The notes under the pieces are model-generated. The model was given only the letters and a program-made list of their open reading frames with translations. It was not told where the DNA came from and did no database searches. 64,000 bases of DNA from an uncultured Candidatus Saccharibacteria bacterium. Its GTDB lineage: Bacteria; Patescibacteriota; Dojkabacteria; J137. This document shows, in pieces, positions 1-10,093 of the stretch. The translations under genes and the position numbers were made by a program. The DNA is taken from NCBI GenBank assembly GCA_964607415.1, contig CAZSKK010000001.1, positions 132,190 through 196,189 of the forward strand, given 5' to 3'. The number at the start of each line of letters is the position of its first letter. Positions within the stretch are counted from its first letter, which is position 1.

Positions 1-1369
1 GTATTTTTAGAATTGCTGATGGAACAACAAAAATTGACGCAATAGTCATGATTAACGATACAGTTTGAGGAATTGAATGTGAAATTACAAGTTCATCTAG
101 ATCTCTATTGATTAATAAGATTAAAGGAATTCCAAATGTCAGTAAAAAAGCCAAGACTTTCCACAAAACAAATACCTCAAAAAGATGGAAGATTTTATAG
201 ATTTTCTCAGCAATTTTAATTTTAGGATCTTTTAGTAATACCTTCATTCCAATTGGAAAGGAAATAACTCCCCAACCCCATCTAACGTACTGGCGATATT
301 GATCAACATGATTTTTAATATAATTATCATTGTAAATAGCATCTGCACTTAAAGGTACATAAAATACTTCACAAGTCCAATCCCCGTGATAATAAAGGTA
401 AGGTCTCCAGTAAAAAGTTGTATCATCAATTGCAAGTGTTGTATCCCAATAATCCACTTCTTGCATTAGTTTAAGGTTTACCGTGTAGCAAGAGTAAGTT
501 TCGCGTTTAAACTTTTCCAAAACAGAAGAAGATAAAACAGGCAGAGTTAAACTTGTTGAAAGAATTCTAATTAAAATTGGGACGTTCCAATAGTTATTAT
601 TAAAAGTATAGACTGCAGTTTGGTAAAATTTTTTATTTCTTTTGGCAGCAGTTAACCATTTATATGTGCATGCGGCTAAGTATTCTTTATGAAAGATTAT
701 ATCGCCATCGGGAGCAGTAATTAAAAATTCACTTATATCTTCGCCTCTTTTTTCTAACTCTAAAACTGAATTTTTTGTACCCCATGCTCTATTGGCTGCG
801 GCGCCTATTGCTTCACCTTCAATGTTGTCTGGGTGTACAAAAAACATTAATCTGTCCTCAAAAAAGTCCCCAAAATCTCGTTTTAATTTTTCACCTCGAC
901 TGGCATAATCAGCATCCTTTTTAGCTTTCCTTTCTTCTATTGAAACAGCTAGATAAATTAACTCCCTAGGGTAGTTTTGTTCCATAAGTCCTTTTATGCT
1001 TTTGCACAAAACTTCGTATTGTTCGCCGTAGTTTGCAATTACTATCAGATGTTTGGGAAATAAGTTTTTTTTAGGTAAAGTTTCAGAATTTGGTAAATTC
1101 TCTCTTTTCAATTTGTTTACTTCTTTAAGCCAATCTTTTTTTATATCAACTCTATACTGAATGAAACCAAGTATTCCGCCTGTAGTTAGCATAATCGCTC
1201 TGTACGCCCAGTAAACTGTTAACACCAGTAAAACATTAATCACAAGAAGTGGAGCGGAAAATCCAGCCCAGAATGGTGCTAGTAGTAATACCCAGATTAA
1301 AACACCTGGCAGAATTTCAAAAATTCTTTGAAAAAAATTGTCGTATTTGTCTACTAGTTTGGAAACCAC
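1..1369 (-). CDS. Family-2 glycosyltransferase (processive, cellulose-synthase-like), C-terminally truncated by window edge
   Basis: Open frame on minus strand running off position 1. Translation contains N-terminal TM helices, a cytoplasmic GT2-like region and a Q(Y)RQ(Y)VRW motif (the QxxRW of processive GT2 enzymes). Start uncertain (GTG near 1369, first ATG near 1213). Not in ORF track because partial. Confidence 0.5.
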   Translation of the reverse strand, partial: MVSKLVDKYDNFFQRIFEILPGVLIWVLLLAPFWAGFSAPLLVINVLLVLTVYWAYRAIMLTTGGILGFIQYRVDIKKDWLKEVNKLKRENLPNSETLPKKNLFPKHLIVIANYGEQYEVLCKSIKGLMEQNYPRELIYLAVSIEERKAKKDADYASRGEKLKRDFGDFFEDRLMFFVHPDNIEGEAIGAAANRAWGTKNSVLELEKRGEDISEFLITAPDGDIIFHKEYLAACTYKWLTAAKRNKKFYQTAVYTFNNNYWNVPILIRILSTSLTLPVLSSSVLEKFKRETYSCYTVNLKLMQEVDYWDTTLAIDDTTFYWRPYLYYHGDWTCEVFYVPLSADAIYNDNYIKNHVDQYRQYVRWGWGVISFPIGMKVLLKDPKIKIAEKIYKIFHLFEVFVLWKVLAFLLTFGIPLILLINRDLDELVISHSIPQTVSLIMTIASIFVVPSAILKI

Positions 1370-1619
1370 AAATATTAAGTTACAATTAAACAAATTTTCA
1401 ATTTACAAACATATGGATCGAAAAAATTATAACATTTTTGTAGGATGGAATCATGAAGCTAGGTTTATCACTTAGCCTTCTTTGGTTTCAAAAATATCTG
1501 ATATTAAAGTAAGAGTTGGTGCATCTATGTCGCTGACAACAACTTCACTTTTTAATTTTGGCCTTGAAGTATGAGTTTAGAAGCAATGTATGCTTTTCTT
1601 ACACTTAACTAATCTAGTT

Positions 1620-1704
1620 TACCGAGGACAGGAGTCGAACCTGCAAGTCCATTACGGACGCTGGTTCCTAAGACCAGTGCGTCTGCCAGTTCCGCCACCT
1701 CGGC
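1620..1704 (-). tRNA. tRNA-Leu (anticodon TAG), type II with long variable arm
   Basis: Reverse complement GCCGAGGTGGCGGAACTGGCAGACGCACTGGTCTTAGGAACCAGCGTCCGTAATGGACTTGCAGGTTCGACTCCTGTCCTCGGTA folds as a cloverleaf: 3-bp D stem, anticodon loop CTTAGGA, variable hairpin GTCC/GGAC, T-loop TTCGACT. Confidence 0.85.
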
Positions 1705-1833
1705 ATGTTTTAATTAAGTGTAAGATTTAGTTAAAGATCAGCCATAAAACCTTGGCAATGGCTTAAAGCATTAGAATTATAACGTGAAAAATCTTTAAGT
1801 TCCAGAAGAAAGTACAACAATTTTTAATTTTGG

Positions 1834-1863
1834 AGCTTCAATTTTCAATTGAAAATTGAAGCT
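1834..1863. repeat. Perfect 30-bp palindrome AGCTTCAATTTTCAATTGAAAATTGAAGCT
   Basis: Read directly: the sequence equals its reverse complement. Lies between tRNA-Leu and the stop of the 1880..3079 gene. Confidence 0.8.
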
Positions 1864-1879
1864 TGTAAATTGTTAACTT

Positions 1880-3079
1880 TTAAATATCTGTATTTCTATT
1901 CTGAATAGGTATGCAATCATTATCTGAAACTTCAGGTAGTGTTGGAGTTGATGTAAATGCAAAATTACATGTTTCGGGATTATAATTTGGGGTTGGTGCC
2001 AATGCAGTAAAACTCAGAGTAAATTCAAAGAATTGACCAGGAGCTAGATTTCCAAGAGGAGTGTCTGTAACATCATTTATAACAATTTCGTTGTTTGTCT
2101 GACTCGTTAGGTAAGGAAGAATGCTGTCAAGAGTAGCTCCTGTACTGATTCTTGCATTTCCCCCAACAAACCTTAAATAGGTTGGATCCCAAGTATCCCT
2201 AAATCTTACAGCTGTAAATGTTGTTTGTCCTGTATTTGTAATTCGAATATTGAATCTTATAATTTCGCCAATTTGATAAACTCTATCTTCTAAAACTCTT
2301 TTGTCGATTGCTATGCCTTCTTCAAGCTGTGCTTGAGTTGTGCAGTTTAAATTGCAGTTAGGATCTACTGCATAATCACATTCTTCTATTGGCTGTCTTA
2401 TTCCATCACCACAATAGTTACAAGTAGCTGCGGTTACAGGTTGATTAGCTTCAATTCCTCTACAGCTTCCAACTGGTTGTCCATTTGAGCATGATACAAA
2501 TGTATTGGCCCCTGGTGCACTTCTTTCGCAATATTCCCCAGTTGCATTACAAATTCCATCTCCACAGAATGGAGCTGGTGGAGGAGGTGGTGTAACAACT
2601 TGTCTACAATATCTATATAAATATGATGGATTTTGGCATGTTGGACATCTTTCCTGACAGCTAATATTATCCATTCTTACACATCCGGCATCTCCTGCTC
2701 TTTGATTGCTTGTTCCGCAATTTTCCCAACCTGCCGGACATCCTGGTAATGTTGCTGCGCAAGTTGTTGGCGGATTAACAACACAGCCGTTGTTTGAGGC
2801 AGGTTGATCCTCTCCTCTTAAACATATACAAGATCCAGCACCTCCATCAGGATTTCTAATAGGATCACCATAAGTACAATAAGTTGCATCAGGCCACTCG
2901 CAAACAAGACCATAACATGCAGTTTCATTTGTACAGGAAACTTGCGCTTCAACTTTATCTGATTCTTTATAGATTAACGTTGTTGAAATCAGCGAAAATA
3001 TACCAATTAATAAAAAAGTATATAATGCAAGAGTTAGTTTTAAGAATTTTTTTGCGTTTGCTGATCTTGAATGTCTCAT
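1880..3079 (-). CDS. Cysteine-rich secreted/anchored surface protein with C-terminal DUF11-like (conserved repeat) domain
   Basis: N-terminal TM/signal segment. About 36 Cys in 200 aa with CGDGI..EECD units resembling Myxococcus-type Cys-rich repeats, plus a PPPPPAP linker. C-terminus ITNTGQTTFTAVRFRDTWDPTYLRFV matches the DUF11 pattern (VTNTG..A.NV.VTD.LP.GL). Confidence 0.55.
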   Translation of the reverse strand: MRHSRSANAKKFLKLTLALYTFLLIGIFSLISTTLIYKESDKVEAQVSCTNETACYGLVCEWPDATYCTYGDPIRNPDGGAGSCICLRGEDQPASNNGCVVNPPTTCAATLPGCPAGWENCGTSNQRAGDAGCVRMDNISCQERCPTCQNPSYLYRYCRQVVTPPPPPAPFCGDGICNATGEYCERSAPGANTFVSCSNGQPVGSCRGIEANQPVTAATCNYCGDGIRQPIEECDYAVDPNCNLNCTTQAQLEEGIAIDKRVLEDRVYQIGEIIRFNIRITNTGQTTFTAVRFRDTWDPTYLRFVGGNARISTGATLDSILPYLTSQTNNEIVINDVTDTPLGNLAPGQFFEFTLSFTALAPTPNYNPETCNFAFTSTPTLPEVSDNDCIPIQNRNTDI

Positions 3080-3289
3080 AGTATAATTTTAAAACAGGCT
3101 ATGTAGAAAATCAGTAAACAAATATATATATGAAATATAACATATAATACTGGTTTTGTTAAGTACTATATGCAGTTTTATTCGACAGATAAGCAGATCA
3201 AAGGAATTAACAATGACTTATAGCGTACAACACATAGCTGATAGTGATGGGTCCAGGGGTGTCACTATGCGCTATATGCTATCTGCTAG

Positions 3290-4147
3290 TTGCTAACTAT
3301 GAAAAAAGACGACAGAAATACATTATTATTGGTTCTTTTTATACTTATTGTATGTATAGTAAGTCTTGTTGCGATTTTTACGATTATTTGGAGAATAATT
3401 GCGAACCCGGTTCGAGAAGCGGTTGCAGCTGTTAATCAATTTTTGGAAGGTGAACCAGAGTATAATTATAATTTTGACGTTCCAAAAACTAAGGCTGAAA
3501 ATAAGAGTGAGAGTAGGAATCAGAATGAAGATAATGGTGAGAATAAGAATAAGACTGAGAACAATAAAGAAGAAAAGAAAGAGGAAGAAGTTAAAGCTTC
3601 AGACCCAGTTATTGTGTATGATTATAATTTTCCTGTATCTGAAAAGCCTTCCTATGGTCAAGTTGATCAATCATTGTTAAGCTTTCCCGATGCCATTGTA
3701 ACGGATGCACAATTGGCAGGTTATGGAACGGGTTCAGATACTCCACAAATTAATATGCAAATTATTATCCCAAGAGTCAATGTTAATAGTCCAGTGTGGC
3801 AAGGACTCGGGGCCGATGATCTGTTGCAAAAAGGATTCTGGATTCACCCAGCGTCAAAAACTTTAGGCGAAGGTGAGGTTGTAATGCTTTGTCATAGAAG
3901 GCATTTTGGTCCGTACGACCCCAGAAGCTGTTGGTATCTAGATCAAATGCAAAAAGGTGATGAAATCTATCTTAAATATTTTGATACTTCTTTGAAATAT
4001 GAAGTGGTGGGGATAAATGTTTTTGAAGGTAATGATCCTTTAATTTATTCAATAAATTCTTCAGAAGATTATATTAAAATCGTTACATGTACCCCTCTTT
4101 ATTCCAATACGCACAGAATTGTAGTTTTGGCTAGGCGCGTGGACTAA
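3290..4147 (+). CDS. Sortase-family transpeptidase
   Basis: N-terminal TM anchor and low-complexity N/E/K linker. C-terminal domain has CHRRHFG (His motif), VTCTP (TLxTC catalytic Cys) and NTHRIVVLARR (catalytic Arg), in the order and spacing typical of class E-like sortases. Confidence 0.7.
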   Translation: MLTMKKDDRNTLLLVLFILIVCIVSLVAIFTIIWRIIANPVREAVAAVNQFLEGEPEYNYNFDVPKTKAENKSESRNQNEDNGENKNKTENNKEEKKEEEVKASDPVIVYDYNFPVSEKPSYGQVDQSLLSFPDAIVTDAQLAGYGTGSDTPQINMQIIIPRVNVNSPVWQGLGADDLLQKGFWIHPASKTLGEGEVVMLCHRRHFGPYDPRSCWYLDQMQKGDEIYLKYFDTSLKYEVVGINVFEGNDPLIYSINSSEDYIKIVTCTPLYSNTHRIVVLARRVD

Positions 4148-4329
4148 CAAAATGTGATGATTTCCTCACCACACGAATGGAATGAGTGAGGGAGAGGACT
4201 AAGGTGAGGGTTAGGTCGAAAACTGAGCCATAACCTCACCCCGAAAAAACACATTGTGCTTTTGAGTGCAGCTAACTAGCTCCGTTCGACAGCATAATAT
4301 GCTGTCTCATCCTTAAAAGGAGAGGAAAT

Positions 4330-5664
4330 CTATAGAGTGTAATCAACATTCCTGACTTTCTTCCTGTTCTTCGCATTTCCTTCTTTACTAACTCTTAAAA
4401 GAAGCGCAACACCAATAATTATAGAAATAGTACTACTACCTCCATACGAAAAAAATGGTAAAGGCATTCCTCCAAAAGGAATAACTCCTAAGTTTGCTGC
4501 AATATTTAAAAATGCTTGTATAGAAATCCAGGAAGTAACACCAACAGCAAGTAATGAAGAAAAGCGGTCAGGTGCCTTTCTAGCTACATCAATACCTAAA
4601 GAAGCAAAGTACAAAAATGAAATAATAACTAAAACTGCACCAACAAATCCAAACTCTTCAGCAATTACTGCAAATATAGAATCTGTATATGCTGCTTCTT
4701 GCAAAAATCCTAGTTTAAGCCTTGATTCACCATAACCTCTACCAAACAACCCACCATATCCTATTGCTACAATGCCATTCCAGCTTTGAAAACTTTCTCC
4801 AAGCTTTGAAGATTGACTAGGTTCGCCTTTAGTAAGGATTTCTAAAAATGATTTTAATCTTTGCCTTCTGTAATCTACTGCAAGCAGTGCAATTGTGCCA
4901 AAAATACCTGAGAATAATAAAATGATAATACTGCTTATTGTGTAAATCGCATCTGTACCTGAAACATAAAATACACTTAAAACTGTTAAAACAATAATTA
5001 CAGCTGTATCCAAATCTTTTTGTGCAAGAATCAGAAGACTTACAAACCCAAGAAGCATAAGAAATGGGGTGATTATGTTAGTCATTTGATCCTTTTTTAT
5101 ATCTTTAATTCTTTTAAGAATTGGCCGTTCGCGGGATAGCCACGCAGAAAGGTAAATTATAAATGCAAGCTTTATATATTCAGCTGTTTGGAAGTCAAAA
5201 AAACCAAGATCAATCCATCTAGTTGCACCATTTAAAGTTTTAATAAATGGAAAATTTAATCGTGCATTACCATCTGCTTCAATTCCGCTTAAAGCTTCTG
5301 GAAGCATAATGATTAGCAGGACAATACCGATAGTTAGCAAAGGAGCACTTAATTTTCTGAGTACCTGAAGAGGTGTCATATACACTCCAAAACCTAAAAT
5401 TACACCTCCAATGATCCAGATTAATTGTTTTTTAAAGAAGAAAAATGTATCACCTTGATTTTTATTTGCTCCATAAGCACTTGCGCTAAAAATCATTAAT
5501 AAACCTGCAAGCAGCATAAGTGAAACTAGATATACAATAGTCATGTTTGGTAGAACAAATTCTCTTTTCTTAGGAAGATCTTTGTTTGTCCTGACTACTT
5601 TTTTACTTTTTGCAACCGAGTGTTTGGTTTTCTTTTTCCGGTTCAGTAAGTTGGTGTATAGCAT
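4330..5664 (-). CDS. ftsW: SEDS-family peptidoglycan glycosyltransferase (FtsW/RodA)
   Basis: Polytopic membrane protein with the C-terminal signature GVIPFGGMPLPFFSYGGSS (SEDS PLPFISYGGSS). ftsW versus rodA not resolvable. Confidence 0.8.
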   Translation of the reverse strand: MLYTNLLNRKKKTKHSVAKSKKVVRTNKDLPKKREFVLPNMTIVYLVSLMLLAGLLMIFSASAYGANKNQGDTFFFFKKQLIWIIGGVILGFGVYMTPLQVLRKLSAPLLTIGIVLLIIMLPEALSGIEADGNARLNFPFIKTLNGATRWIDLGFFDFQTAEYIKLAFIIYLSAWLSRERPILKRIKDIKKDQMTNIITPFLMLLGFVSLLILAQKDLDTAVIIVLTVLSVFYVSGTDAIYTISSIIILLFSGIFGTIALLAVDYRRQRLKSFLEILTKGEPSQSSKLGESFQSWNGIVAIGYGGLFGRGYGESRLKLGFLQEAAYTDSIFAVIAEEFGFVGAVLVIISFLYFASLGIDVARKAPDRFSSLLAVGVTSWISIQAFLNIAANLGVIPFGGMPLPFFSYGGSSTISIIIGVALLLRVSKEGNAKNRKKVRNVDYTL

Positions 5665-5999
5665 ATAGCGTTTAGCTTATAGCAAATAGTAAATAGAAAA
5701 ATTGTAACTAGTAAATTAAAACACTTAACCTTTAACTTTTAACCTGACTACATCTTATCGTGTTTATCATAAAAAAGAAAAAGAGAAAAAGGAAGAGGGG
5801 TTATTCGACAAACTTATGTTATTTGTTGTAGAATTGGTCGTGAACGTTTATGAGTTCCATGTTTTCGAGTTAGCGAGTTAAAAATGGTTCATCCAAAATA
5901 CTCTTGCTTCTTGATTTATTCATGAATCTTGAATCAGTTATCTTTTCTTTATTCGATATTCAACAATCTATAATTCTAAATTATTCAACATTCTAAACT

Positions 6000-8900
6000 A
6001 TGATTAATAAACTAACTTCAGTCTTTGACTCAAATAACAAACAAATAAAAAAAACAGAACCTACTTTAAAAAAGATTAGAGATCTTGAAAAACAAGTGTC
6101 GCAAATGAGTATAGATCAGATTAAAAAAAGGGTTTCTGAAATGAAAGCTGATTTGGCGAAGAATAAAGCTGAAATTCCGGAAGATTCAAAAAGATCTTTG
6201 AGAAAGGTAGAGAGAACAAAAGGACTGCCCTCTTATGAAATTGAAATTCAAGAAAAATTAAGAAACTATCTTCCGGAAGTTTTTGCATTTGTGAATGAAA
6301 TTTACAAAAGAAAAATGGGGTTTGGCTATCATGACGTTCAGCTGCAAGCAGGAATTGTTTTAGCAGATGGACAAAGGTTGGTAGAAATGAAAACAGGAGA
6401 AGGAAAAACCATGACGTTCCAACTTCCTTTAGCACTTTACGCAATTGCTGGAAGAGGTGCTCACCTTGCAACAGTAAATGATTACCTGGCAAAAATAGGT
6501 GCAGAATATGCTGGCCACATTCTTTCTGATTTAGGAATTTCAGTTGGTGTAATTACACCTCAGGAATCATACAAATTTATTACCGATGAAGAAGTGAAAA
6601 GCTTAAAAGGTGAGGAAAGTTACGGAGAAAGAAAGAAACAAAGAATGCAGATAGATAATATGACCGGGTTAAATTTACTTTCTTGTACAAAAAAACAGGC
6701 ATATGAGTGCGATATAACTTATGGAACAAATAACGAATTCGGATTCGACTATCTTAGAGACAATATGGCATCGGATCTTTCCAGAGTCTCTCAAAGAGAG
6801 CTTTACTTTTGTATCATCGACGAAGCTGACTCAATTCTGATTGATGAAGCAAGAACTCCTTTGATCATTTCAGCTACTCCATCGGACTCAGATACAGAAA
6901 AATATGTAAGGTTTGCCAGTGCAGTTAGGGACCTTATCGAAGATGTAGATTATACAGTTGATCATAAAGATAGGGCAGTAACATTAACTGAAGAAGGCAT
7001 CAAAAAAGTTGAATCTATCTTAGAAGTACCAAATCTTTGGGATGATTATTCTATGGCATATCACCTTGAAAATGCATTAAAAGCAAAAGCTTTATTTAAA
7101 AAAGATGATGAATATTTGCTTCGAAATGGCGAAGTATTAATTGTTGATGAATTCACAGGACGTGTAATGAAAGGTAGAAGATATTCAGAGGGTCTTCATC
7201 AGGCTATTGAGGCAAAAGAAGGTGTTGAAATTAAACAAGAAAGTAAAACTTATGCAACCATTACGTTCCAGAACTTTTTCAGGATGTATAAAATTCTTTG
7301 TGGAGGCTCAGGAACAGTTTTAACTGAAGCAGAAGAGTTTTTTAAGATTTATGGTCTTGAATCAATGGAAATACCAACTAATAAACCTACAATTAGAGCT
7401 GACCACCAGGATAGAATTTTCAAAAATCAAACAGCAAAATTTAGAGCGGTAGCCGCTGATATAAAAGAAAGATACGAAAAAGGGCAACCAGTATTGATAG
7501 GTACAGTGTCAGTTGAAAAGTCAGAATTGTTATCAAGACTTTTGGATGAGCAAGGAATCCCACATGAAGTTCTGAATGCTAAGTATCACGAACAAGAAGC
7601 AAGAATTGTAGCTTTGGCTGGTAGAAAAGGTGCTGTTACAGTTGCAACCAATATGGCGGGAAGAGGAACAGATATTGTTATTGGAGGAGGGTCCAGAGGT
7701 GATGATGCTTGGAAAGAAGTTGTTGAACTAGGGGGTTTATATGTGATTGGTACTGAAAGACACGATTCCAGGAGAATTGATAATCAGTTAAGGGGTAGAA
7801 CTGGAAGGCAAGGAGAGCCAGGAGAGACCAGGTTCTATGTTTCCTTAGACGATGAAATAATGAGAGTTTTAGGAGGTGAGGTTATGTCTAGAATTTTAGG
7901 AATGGTAAGAATGGATGAAGATATGCCAATTGAACTTAAACTAATTTCAAAGCAAATAGAAACAGCTCAAAAAAGAATTGAAGGCATGAATTTTGATAGT
8001 AGAAAAAGAGTTGTTGAATATGATGATGTGATGAACCAGCATAGAGAAGTATTCTACTCAAAAAGATTTAGCTTTTTAAATAGAGTTGAAAATTCTTTGG
8101 GTAGATTTAAAGACGATGCAAAATTTTTGGATTTAAACCTTGAAGAAAATAAAGATTTAAGATCCAATTATGAATCTAAAGTAATAGAAGCTCAAAATAA
8201 TATTAAATCTGAAATAGAAGATATAGTAATGGAAGAAGCTGCAAAGATTGTAACTTTGAATTCACAAGGAAAACTTTCGGATAAAGATATTGAAGAACTA
8301 ACAAAAGATTTCTTAACTTTAATTCCAGAAGATTATCTTTCTGGAATTTTGGAAACTTCAGAAAGTGAAGTTTCTGAAAAAATCGCTGAAAGCCTTAAAG
8401 GTAAAAAGTTCATTGATATACAAAATTATCTTTTAGATTTAGTTAACAAGGCCTTTATACAAAGACTTTCAGAGTTTAGGTCGGACCTATACCCTCTTTC
8501 AAAGCAGTTGGTTTTACAACAAATGGATTTTAAATGGGTTGATCATTTGGAAATAATGACTGATATTAGACATGGAATTGGGCTTCAAGGATATGCTCAA
8601 AAAGATCCTTTGGTTGAATATAAAAATAAAGCTTTTGGCGTATTTGAATCATTAATTAGAAATATAAATTCTGAGATTGCAAGAAGCTTATTTAGAATTC
8701 AAAAAGTAGCAAGACAAGAACAGCCTGTAAATATTTCTACAAACGAAGAAGAAATAGAAGATATATTAGTTGGAGATAGAGAGTCTATTGTTAGTGGAGG
8801 TAACAATAAACTTAAGTCTATAATCCAGGATTTAGAAAAGAATAGGCAAAGCACAGAAGCAACCGCTAAAGGCAATTTATCAGAAGGTAACGCAACAATA

Positions 8901-9035
8901 AAAAAAGGTGTTAAAGAATTTGGAAGAAATGATAAAGTTAGTGTTAAATATTCAGATGGAAAAATTGTAAAAGACGTTAAGTACAAGAAAGTTGAAGATG
9001 ATGTTAAGAGCGGAAAAGCAAGCATTTTAGGGTAA
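6000..9035 (+). CDS. secA: Preprotein translocase ATPase SecA (with long K/E-rich C-terminal extension)
   Basis: MKTGEGKT Walker A, IIDEADSILIDEARTPLIIS DEAD-like motif, RGTDI, and overall SecA architecture. 1011 aa. Confidence 0.9.
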   Translation: MINKLTSVFDSNNKQIKKTEPTLKKIRDLEKQVSQMSIDQIKKRVSEMKADLAKNKAEIPEDSKRSLRKVERTKGLPSYEIEIQEKLRNYLPEVFAFVNEIYKRKMGFGYHDVQLQAGIVLADGQRLVEMKTGEGKTMTFQLPLALYAIAGRGAHLATVNDYLAKIGAEYAGHILSDLGISVGVITPQESYKFITDEEVKSLKGEESYGERKKQRMQIDNMTGLNLLSCTKKQAYECDITYGTNNEFGFDYLRDNMASDLSRVSQRELYFCIIDEADSILIDEARTPLIISATPSDSDTEKYVRFASAVRDLIEDVDYTVDHKDRAVTLTEEGIKKVESILEVPNLWDDYSMAYHLENALKAKALFKKDDEYLLRNGEVLIVDEFTGRVMKGRRYSEGLHQAIEAKEGVEIKQESKTYATITFQNFFRMYKILCGGSGTVLTEAEEFFKIYGLESMEIPTNKPTIRADHQDRIFKNQTAKFRAVAADIKERYEKGQPVLIGTVSVEKSELLSRLLDEQGIPHEVLNAKYHEQEARIVALAGRKGAVTVATNMAGRGTDIVIGGGSRGDDAWKEVVELGGLYVIGTERHDSRRIDNQLRGRTGRQGEPGETRFYVSLDDEIMRVLGGEVMSRILGMVRMDEDMPIELKLISKQIETAQKRIEGMNFDSRKRVVEYDDVMNQHREVFYSKRFSFLNRVENSLGRFKDDAKFLDLNLEENKDLRSNYESKVIEAQNNIKSEIEDIVMEEAAKIVTLNSQGKLSDKDIEELTKDFLTLIPEDYLSGILETSESEVSEKIAESLKGKKFIDIQNYLLDLVNKAFIQRLSEFRSDLYPLSKQLVLQQMDFKWVDHLEIMTDIRHGIGLQGYAQKDPLVEYKNKAFGVFESLIRNINSEIARSLFRIQKVARQEQPVNISTNEEEIEDILVGDRESIVSGGNNKLKSIIQDLEKNRQSTEATAKGNLSEGNATIKKGVKEFGRNDKVSVKYSDGKIVKDVKYKKVEDDVKSGKASILG

Positions 9036-9110
9036 GAGGTAGAGAGCATTAGAGCATAAAGCCTGGGTTAACTGGTAATGAAGCTAATTTTTGGTAGTAA
9101 ATGAGATCGA

Positions 9111-9746
9111 ATGATTCCTGAAATCTTAGAACAAAAAGAAGTAATTCTTTCAAAAATCCAAAAGGCTGGAATAGATATAGACAATATTCACTCTGTACAT
9201 CTTTTTGGTTCACATTTTTGGGGATATGCAAATGAAAATAGCGATATAGATTTATACATAGTTTTAAAATCACCAAAAGATAAAGTTCCAGATATAGATA
9301 ATCTTTCACTACACTATCAAATAACCACTGAGGAAATTAATCAAAAAATTTCAAATGGAAGCTGGGCAAGCTTTTACGTTTTGAATTATTGTTCGGAATT
9401 ATTGTATGGCGAAAAAGTTAAAACTATTGAGTATCCTAAAGAGAAAATTAATGATTATCTAAAAGAAAAATCCGAAGATTATAATTTGATTGATGAAAAG
9501 GGTTTACCGTTTGCGTTCATTGTAATTATGCTTCGAGTTTTTTTTCTAAACTTTGTTAACGGGATTAAGTCTTTTGAGCTTACAGATTTTAGAAAGTGCA
9601 ATGGTCTGTCTTTTGATCAGAAATCGTTTTTAGAAAGAAAGTATCAAGATTTGTATGGTGATAGAAGTTTCAATGATCACGATAAGTCTGAATTTAAAAA
9701 GATATTTAAAGAACTTGATTTAAGAATTTTCAATTTACAACTATAA
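9111..9746 (+). CDS. Pol-beta-superfamily nucleotidyltransferase (MNT-like), possibly with C-terminal HEPN-like helical region
   Basis: GSHFWGYANENSDIDLYIV equals the GS-x9-13-DxD minimal nucleotidyltransferase motif. C-terminal part contains DRSFNDH (an Rx4-6H-like motif). Confidence 0.5.
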   Translation: MIPEILEQKEVILSKIQKAGIDIDNIHSVHLFGSHFWGYANENSDIDLYIVLKSPKDKVPDIDNLSLHYQITTEEINQKISNGSWASFYVLNYCSELLYGEKVKTIEYPKEKINDYLKEKSEDYNLIDEKGLPFAFIVIMLRVFFLNFVNGIKSFELTDFRKCNGLSFDQKSFLERKYQDLYGDRSFNDHDKSEFKKIFKELDLRIFNLQL

Positions 9747-9829
9747 AAAATTTTCAAAATTAGACGCGATACTAGTGAAAATCGTAAATTTTTTAAATTG
9801 GTAATTTTCATATATCTGGTCTCTAACTT

Positions 9830-10093
9830 TTGATTTCTGACTTTATGTTAGAATACAGTATGACTTCAATTCCATCTAAATACAAACCATTCTACTGGGA
9901 TGTAGATATTGAAAATCTCGATACTAATAAATACAAAAATTTTATTATAGAACGGGCTTTGGAGAAGGGACGAATTGATTTATTGGTATGGATTTTTTCT
10001 GTTTACACTGTTTCAGATGTTCTTCACGTTTTATCCGATTCTAAGAATATTTCTAATGCCACCAAGTTACTTTGGGGTAAGGTTTTGATATGA
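9830..10093 (+). CDS. Small hypothetical protein, candidate cognate partner (antitoxin-like) of the downstream AbiEii-like gene
   Basis: 87 aa, stop overlaps the next start (ATGA at 10090). No recognisable domain. Confidence 0.3.
   Translation: MISDFMLEYSMTSIPSKYKPFYWDVDIENLDTNKYKNFIIERALEKGRIDLLVWIFSVYTVSDVLHVLSDSKNISNATKLLWGKVLI

Noticed and set aside
1880-4147. LPXTG-type substrate for the sortase within the window
   Set aside because: No predicted protein here ends with an LPXTG-like motif plus hydrophobic segment plus basic tail. The divergent Cys-rich protein is only a candidate by proximity.
2884-9309. Small ORF-track ORFs overlapping larger genes on the opposite strand or frame (2884..3081, 3244..3435, 3399..3680, 6121..6492, 8699..9049, 9049..9309 and similar ones later such as 41631..41816 and 63700..63975)
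   Set aside because: Embedded in, or antisense to, well-supported CDS or structured RNA regions, with low-complexity translations. Considered spurious.
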